A stretch of 62,483 nucleotides of DNA. It comes from a virus. Lineage: Duplodnaviria; Caudoviricetes. This document shows positions 57,106-62,483 of the stretch, piece by piece. The stretch lies in IMG/VR virus record IMGVR_UViG_3300047440_000118, positions 1 through 62,483 of that record; one strand, written 5' to 3'. How positions within the stretch are numbered: position 1 is the first letter of the stretch; every line of letters starts with the position of its first letter. Both the position numbers and the translations under genes were made by a program. The notes under the pieces are model-generated. The model worked only from the letters and a program-made list of their open reading frames with translations. It searched no databases and was not told where the DNA came from.

Positions 57106-57599
57106 GCATCATTGAAAAGGGCGGACGGCGTTATCGCGTCGAGATCGTTTCTGACAACGATCAAGAACCGCCCTGGAAACAGAATGACGGCGAAGGCATC
57201 GTGTCCGAATGGACCACGCGGGCGAAGCGTCCGGGCGAGCGTATCATCGCCTCTGATCGTCGGTCGCATCGGTATTTCGACTTCGCGGCCACGGTTCGCA
57301 AGGCGCGCGATGAGAGTTGGGACGCTGAGCCATACGGCACCGGAACGGCTGGCGAGCGTGCTGCTCGGGCGACTGAGGTTAATTTCCGCCGGCTGAAAGC
57401 GTGGTGCGATGGCGACTGGTGCTATGTCGGAGTCGTCGTGACGCCGCTGTGCGCCTGCTGCGGTTCGCCCATGAAGGCGAAGGCCGAGTCGTTGTGGGGC
57501 GTTGAAAGCGACGACGCCGATTATCTGGAAACGGTCGCGATGGAGCTGATTGAGCAGATCGCGCCATCGGACGAAACCGAGGACTGCGAGGCGTCCTGA
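57102..57599 (+). CDS. conserved phage early hypothetical protein
   Basis: PPW..DG.G.VSEW, WCYVGVVV, SLWGVES. Confidence 0.65.
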   Translation: MSIIEKGGRRYRVEIVSDNDQEPPWKQNDGEGIVSEWTTRAKRPGERIIASDRRSHRYFDFAATVRKARDESWDAEPYGTGTAGERAARATEVNFRRLKAWCDGDWCYVGVVVTPLCACCGSPMKAKAESLWGVESDDADYLETVAMELIEQIAPSDETEDCEAS

Positions 57600-57701
57600 C
57601 CCCTTTACGGTATCCCGCCCGGCCGGTTCGGGCGTGATGCGGCAAGCGAGTCTGGCTTGATCCTGTCGCGGATGGTCGCGGCGGTAGTGGGAGACACAGA
57701 G

Positions 57702-57950
57702 ATGGCACGCAAACTCTACACGACAAAAGACAAGGCGATGAACGCCACGCTGGCATCACAAGTGGCTGGCGTTCGCGGCGCGATATTCGAGACGGCGGAG
57801 CAATCTCCGATGCCAAACAGGTTCGATGCTGTTCCTCATCCGGACCGTCCCGCGATGATCATCACCGATATTGTGACGGGGAAAGCCGCGATCGTTCCGT
57901 TGTTCGCTTATCGCGCGGCGAGGGACGTTCTGTTCGCTCTGTTTTCCTGA
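57702..57950 (+). CDS. early hypothetical protein
   Basis: GGAG RBS. Confidence 0.55.
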   Translation: MARKLYTTKDKAMNATLASQVAGVRGAIFETAEQSPMPNRFDAVPHPDRPAMIITDIVTGKAAIVPLFAYRAARDVLFALFS

Positions 57951-58147
57951 CCCTTCCTCCGTGTCTGCCGGGCCACGGTCCGGCTTTCATGGGCGAATGG
58001 TTCGCCTTGGGAGACTGACGATGTGTAAATATTGCGGTGCGGCGAAGGGTGAATACTGCGGGATGGCGCCGGCCAAGATCTATCGTGGCGGCGAATGCCC
58101 GAAGGCGAAGTGACACTGAGCGAATGGTCGCTCTGAGCGGGAGACGC

Positions 58148-58369
58148 ATGATGGCGATGATTTACACGGTCACGGTGACGGATTGGACGCAGCCGCGAGG
58201 CTATCGCAATTCCGGCCGTGGCTGGCGGGTCCGGTGTTTCGCGATGCCGGACGACGACTGGAACGCTTTGTCGCAGACGGTTTCCGAGGCGTATTACCGC
58301 ACGGAAGCCAAGGCGCGGCGGGAAGCGGCGGATCTGGCGAAGGTCTGGAACGCCACGCTTTCGAACTGA
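58148..58369 (+). CDS. early hypothetical protein
   Basis: GGAG RBS. Confidence 0.5.
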   Translation: MMAMIYTVTVTDWTQPRGYRNSGRGWRVRCFAMPDDDWNALSQTVSEAYYRTEAKARREAADLAKVWNATLSN

Positions 58370-58414
58370 CACATCAACGCCCGCGCTGTCGCGGGCAAGC
58401 GGAGGGGTCGCGGC

Positions 58415-58630
58415 ATGATGAGCCGAGCGGTTACGTCCCTGATTTGGATTTTGCGCGCGGAGATGGACAGGTCACTTGAACGCCTGCCTTGCCTGCCTCG
58501 TGACAAAGCGCGTCAGGAGCTTGGCGACCTGATGGCCGCACGCGAATTGATCGTCGATTTGGGCGGTTACGGCGAGACGCTGGATTCCATCGGCGTTGAT
58601 CTGGAGCTCGCGCATATCGAGTCCGCCTGA
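58415..58630 (+). CDS. early hypothetical protein
   Basis: GGAGG RBS. Confidence 0.5.
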   Translation: MMSRAVTSLIWILRAEMDRSLERLPCLPRDKARQELGDLMAARELIVDLGGYGETLDSIGVDLELAHIESA

Positions 58631-58680
58631 CTTTGTTTCAACCGGCGGCGTTTCGGCGCCGCCATCGCGGGAGACGTGAA

Positions 58681-59034
58681 ATGAAAACCATCGAATTGCC
58701 GGCCGCCCTTTGGGCGAAGGTGCGCGACATCGCGTTGGGCGAGTTGAACGCGCACGATCACGACGACGATCCCGAGTTCTTCGATGACGGGCCGGGATGG
58801 TGGACGACTGACGATCAAGTGCGCCTCAACGCGCTTTGTGGCGGCGTCCCGGTCGGGCTTGTCACCGTGAGCGTGACGTTTCCAGACGATTTGTGGCCGA
58901 TCTTCGAGGCGTGTTTCGAGGTTGGCCTTGATGACGGTTCAACTCTTACCGATGCCGAATACGAGTCGGTTTATGCCGGATTCGGAGAGACGTTGAGCGT
59001 CGGTCAGGTCGCCTATCGGAGTGTCCTGGTATGA
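58681..59034 (+). CDS. acidic early hypothetical protein
   Basis: GGAG RBS; Asp/Glu-rich. Confidence 0.6.
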   Translation: MKTIELPAALWAKVRDIALGELNAHDHDDDPEFFDDGPGWWTTDDQVRLNALCGGVPVGLVTVSVTFPDDLWPIFEACFEVGLDDGSTLTDAEYESVYAGFGETLSVGQVAYRSVLV

Positions 59035-59303
59035 GACGCGTTCTGTGTCTGACGCTGGCCTTGTCCGGTTGCGCCTCTCCCGAGAACCGCGAGGCTCTTG
59101 AGATGTATCGCGCCGGCTGCGCGAGCGGCGACCGGGGTTCCTGCATGATGGTCCCGGTGCAGCAGGACGCGAATGAGCGCGAGGCGTCCGACAATGCCGT
59201 GAAAGTGGCGATCGGCCTGATGCTGTTGCCGCTCGTGATCCTGGCCGCGAGCAAGGGGCATGTGCATGGCGGGCGCTTCGGGCATCTCGCGCGGTTCCGA
59301 TGA
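59031..59303 (+). CDS. lipoprotein
   Basis: MRRVLCLTLALSG-C lipobox; C-terminal hydrophobic helix. Confidence 0.7.
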   Translation: MRRVLCLTLALSGCASPENREALEMYRAGCASGDRGSCMMVPVQQDANEREASDNAVKVAIGLMLLPLVILAASKGHVHGGRFGHLARFR

Positions 59304-59524
59304 GCGACCGTAACGCCCGCCTCCGGGACGCTCTGAACGCCTTGTGCTGGTCGGGTTCGGCATTGGGCCACGCCACCGGCAACAGAGCCTCCACGGGCCG
59401 CAGGTGGGCCAATGGGACGCGGGATGCGCCCGACGCGGTGCTGATCTGGATCGAGGATCTGGCCCGCTATCACGACGCGCATCCGCCTCCGGAACCGCCC
59501 GCGCCGGAGAGTTTGGACACGTAA
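59300..59524 (+). CDS. HTH protein
   Basis: LRDALNALCWS..ALG...TGRRWANG...P.AVLIW. Confidence 0.6.
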   Translation: MSDRNARLRDALNALCWSGSALGHATGNRASTGRRWANGTRDAPDAVLIWIEDLARYHDAHPPPEPPAPESLDT

Positions 59525-59594
59525 CGGAATAACCCACCGGAGGGGACGACCTTCCGGCCCGCGCCTCGGGGTCACAGTGGGCATAGGACAGACG

Positions 59595-60041
59595 ATGAAC
59601 CACCCGAACAGAAGCTCCATTAACGCTCAGGAAGCCGGCGCTTTCGTGACGCACTGCATGATGGACGGGCTTTCAACCGCCGAAGCGCTCCAGCGGCTCT
59701 CTCGCACAACGTGGGACGATCTGCTGGAGGATCTGGCATTTGGGCGGAAGCGGCACACCGCGACCATTCGCCGCCTGGCGAAACCGGGTGTCCTGGAAAT
59801 CGATGCTCGGAACGCTCGCAACGCCGCTTATCGGAACGAGCTGGAAGTAGATAAGGCACACTGGATCGCGTTGTCTGACGCGCACAAAACGGTGATCCGT
59901 TTGGCTGTGGCGGATGCTGGCGGGAAGAATTCCAACAAAGCCGCTCGCAATGTCGCGACGGCGCTCGGCATCTCGATCCACGCCAATAGCATCGACACGC
60001 TGCGGCAACTGATCGACCCGCGCCAGCCGTGGAACGTTTAA
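59595..60041 (+). CDS. early hypothetical protein
   Basis: AGGA RBS; MNHPNRS start seen in alphaproteobacterial phage genes. Confidence 0.55.
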   Translation: MNHPNRSSINAQEAGAFVTHCMMDGLSTAEALQRLSRTTWDDLLEDLAFGRKRHTATIRRLAKPGVLEIDARNARNAAYRNELEVDKAHWIALSDAHKTVIRLAVADAGGKNSNKAARNVATALGISIHANSIDTLRQLIDPRQPWNV

Positions 60042-60085
60042 CCTCCACCGCCCGCCGGGTGCGCTCGGCGGAGCGAACGAGAGAG

Positions 60086-60445
60086 ATGAAGATGGAAATA
60101 ACTCCGCGCGAGAAGCTACTATTGAGTTCCCTACGGGACGCACACGACGTCATGAACGCGATCCGGGCGAGAGACGGAACCGCTTATCACCGCGATGACG
60201 GGATGCCATATCTCACTCAAGAGACATGGAACGACCTGACTGAAGAAATCAGCGACGCTATCGAGGCTATTTCAGGCGAGCCACCAAAACCATGGCCTTT
60301 TGTTTGGGAACTGAATGAAGCGGACAGCGCCGCGTTTGTGGCGGCATTGCTCAACGCTCCCGAACCGAATGCGGCCATCAAAGCAGCGGCCACACGATAT
60401 AAAGCCGTCCTCGCGTCCCTCAAGGAAGATCCAGACGCGGCATGA
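60086..60445 (+). CDS. hypothetical protein with C-terminal DUF1778/TacA antitoxin-like segment
   Basis: ELNEADSAAFVAALLNAPEPNAAIKAAATRYK. Confidence 0.6.
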   Translation: MKMEITPREKLLLSSLRDAHDVMNAIRARDGTAYHRDDGMPYLTQETWNDLTEEISDAIEAISGEPPKPWPFVWELNEADSAAFVAALLNAPEPNAAIKAAATRYKAVLASLKEDPDAA

Positions 60446-60518
60446 CCACCGCCGCCCGCTACGCCGCCGCCCTGGCCAGTCTTGGGCGGTCGCCAATCAT
60501 CAACAAGGGAAATGACAC

Positions 60519-60734
60519 ATGACACGCCTCGCACTCGCCTTAACGTTGGCCATGGTCTCGGGACCGGCGCTCGCCCAATCAGTCACATGCAGCACTGTCC
60601 TTGGGCAAACGACATGTTCCATCACGACCGCGATCGGCGGGCTGAACGACACCTACATCCCAGCCCCCCCACGGTATGACGGCACGCCTCAAAGATGGGC
60701 CATCCCTTTCGACAAGACGACGGCATGCCCATGA
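60519..60734 (+). CDS. small secreted protein
   Basis: Signal peptide ending ALA-Q; TCS...TTCS. Confidence 0.55.
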   Translation: MTRLALALTLAMVSGPALAQSVTCSTVLGQTTCSITTAIGGLNDTYIPAPPRYDGTPQRWAIPFDKTTACP

Positions 60735-60958
60735 GCGCCGCCCGTGAAATCCCCGTCCGCCTCGACGACGGGGCCTACGTCGTCACGACCTGGAATGACG
60801 GGATCGCGCGGCGGGTTGACCGGATCGCGCGTCGTTCCGGTCGGGTGCCACTGTGGGACGGCGGAGGTCGGGCGATTGGTCTGGCGCGCGAGGTCTTGCG
60901 GGTGGCCGGCTTCTCCGACCGCGGCATCGTCGAGAAGGAGTGGATCGTTGACCCATGA
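60731..60958 (+). CDS. hypothetical protein (paralog of next gene N-terminus)
   Basis: EIPVRLDDGAYVVT...EVLRVAGF. Confidence 0.55.
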   Translation: MSAAREIPVRLDDGAYVVTTWNDGIARRVDRIARRSGRVPLWDGGGRAIGLAREVLRVAGFSDRGIVEKEWIVDP

Positions 60959-61398
60959 CAAAACAGGAAATCCCGGTCCATCTCAATAACGGGAGCTACG
61001 TCGTCACGCTGTCCGATGATGGCCGCGCGAAGGCGCTTTATCGGGTCCATCGAAGTGGAATTCGGGAATTGAGGTGGCTCTCCCCATACTGGCCAGCGGA
61101 TGGAGTATTGGAAGTCCTGAATGTCGCCGGCTTCACACGGATGGAAGACCCATATCGTGCGGAATCGTATCAACCGGACGCCACAGATCAAGATGGGTCG
61201 GTTATAACGAAACAGGAAATACACGCGACGTTGCAAGAATTGTTTGAAAAGGCACTCACGTTGAAGGACGGAATCCATCTACTCAGTAGCGATACGGTCT
61301 TCGCCATTGGAGAGGCGACGGGCGCGATCAGCAAGGCGAAGGCGTTGGTTGGACGCGACATCGACCAGGAGCGCGCCCGTGCCCGAACCGCTCCCTGA
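60955..61398 (+). CDS. hypothetical protein
   Basis: EIPVHLNNGSYVVT...EVLNVAGF. Confidence 0.55.
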   Translation: MTKQEIPVHLNNGSYVVTLSDDGRAKALYRVHRSGIRELRWLSPYWPADGVLEVLNVAGFTRMEDPYRAESYQPDATDQDGSVITKQEIHATLQELFEKALTLKDGIHLLSSDTVFAIGEATGAISKAKALVGRDIDQERARARTAP

Positions 61399-61627
61399 CT
61401 CCGTGTTGCTCGCGGATTTCGCGCGCATCCTGTCGATGGGGCATACCAAGGTCGAAGAGTCGGATCGGCTCATCTTCGTCGTGGCGGCCGAGCTGATGGA
61501 CTTCCTCGCGAACAATGGCGACCGCCTGCTTGAACTCGCGATGATGGGGCTCGTGGCGGACGCCAACTGAAAGATGCGGAGAGGCGGGGGAGCAACTGAT
61601 CCGCCCCTCCAGTTTATGGGAAACGTA

Positions 61628-61655
61628 TGTCCCCGGTCGGTTGAGGCCGGGGACA
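61628..61655. terminator. hairpin between convergent units
   Basis: tgtccccgg...ccggggaca 9-bp stem. Confidence 0.5.
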
Positions 61656-61683
61656 CGCATGACGCGCCGGATATTGGGTGGCG

Positions 61684-61989
61684 TCAACCGTCGGGTTGAT
61701 AGGCGCTGCCGTCGAGGCACGTTCCCGCCGTGAGCGCGGTCCAACTTATGGGATGGCCGGCGGGGAGTGGATCGCGCCATGGGATCATTGGCTGATCGGG
61801 CATCTGGACCTCTTTGCGCCTCGGGCCGGTCTTGGAATCGATCGCGATACCGAGCGCGTCCATGCGATCCCGCGCGCACCATCTGGACACACCAACCGCC
61901 CTGGCGATGGCCTCGTGCGGCGCTCCGGCACCAGCCATCCGGCGGATCGTCGCGTCCTGATCGGGCCTCCATTCGATTTTCGCTGGCAT
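61684..61989 (-). CDS. GcrA-like HTH protein
   Basis: WRPDQDATIRRM...IARAVGVSR; PLPAGHPISW motif. Confidence 0.6.
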   Translation of the reverse strand: MPAKIEWRPDQDATIRRMAGAGAPHEAIARAVGVSRWCARDRMDALGIAIDSKTGPRRKEVQMPDQPMIPWRDPLPAGHPISWTALTAGTCLDGSAYQPDG

Positions 61990-62366
61990 CTGTCCACCCC
62001 GTGAGGTTGTGGATTATCCGGTGGATGGAATTTTTATTCAAGCCGGAAACAGCAATCCAATCAAATGTCTTGACGCGAATATCCGGTTGTGCATGACCTC
62101 GGGTGGTCGATTCGGCTCTTGACGGGCCGCGAGACGTAAGCGCAGTTTCGGACATAGGCGGTGGGGCGAGGTTTCCAGACCCCGCCCACTTAGAGCCTTT
62201 GACCGTGTTGGGGCACGGTCTCGACGAACCGTTGGGCCGTATTTAATTCGGTTTCCGGCGAGTCGCAAGCGTGCCCCGAAATAATATCGAGGAGACACGC
62301 CATGCCGGATCAGCCCGTCAATCGCAACGTCATGGTTACATTTGGGTTCCGTCCGGCCGCTCATCG

Positions 62367-62483
62367 GTGAACGGGGACATCTCGCCATCATTGGCGTTCC
62401 CCGAGCAATTCGCCGCGTTCTGGCGGCTGTATCCCCGAAAAACGGTCAAGAAGATGGCCCGTATCGCCTGGTCAAGGGCCGTT
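62367..62483 (+). CDS. N-terminal part of replication initiator-like protein (partial; probably continues at window start)
   Basis: FAAFWRLYPRKTVKKMARIAWSRAV matches the FxxFWxxYPRK motif. Confidence 0.65.
   Translation, partial: MNGDISPSLAFPEQFAAFWRLYPRKTVKKMARIAWSRAV

Noticed and set aside
1-62483. CRISPR arrays, tRNA/rRNA genes, reverse transcriptase or DGR
   Set aside because: No regularly spaced repeats, cloverleaf with T-loop consensus, or RT motifs seen by eye; a tRNAscan/Infernal run would be needed to be certain

Overview
The window reads as a near-complete genome of a GC-rich, podovirus-type dsDNA phage with a probable alphaproteobacterial host (GcrA-like, GapR-like and DUF3309 genes). 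One replication-initiator-type ORF appears split across the two window ends, which suggests a circularly permuted genome. Layout: replication/modification block on + (1-9.5 kb: SNF2-type helicase, DNA methyltransferase, GcrA-like protein, HNH, DpdA-like transglycosylase, QueE); a Cro-like switch and recombination block (9.5-16 kb); a long minus-strand late region (16-55.5 kb: antirepressor, tail proteins, ejection proteins, cupin and 2OG-Fe(II) hydroxylase, nozzle, adaptors, capsid, scaffold, FkbM methyltransferase, portal, terminase, TPR-glycosyltransferase, serine resolvase); small early genes on + (57-61.5 kb). Most notable: (1) five tail-module proteins with Sec-type signal peptides; (2) an Endonuclease VII gene overprinted in another frame inside a helicase gene that stays open; (3) a ~400-nt highly structured non-coding region directly before an HNH gene; (4) three tandem Arg-rich micropeptides with their own RBSs ahead of the head genes; (5) a possible virion-protein modification kit; (6) an orphan DUF1778/TacA antitoxin-like C-terminal domain. 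All family assignments come from motif recognition by eye; no database search or folding program was run.
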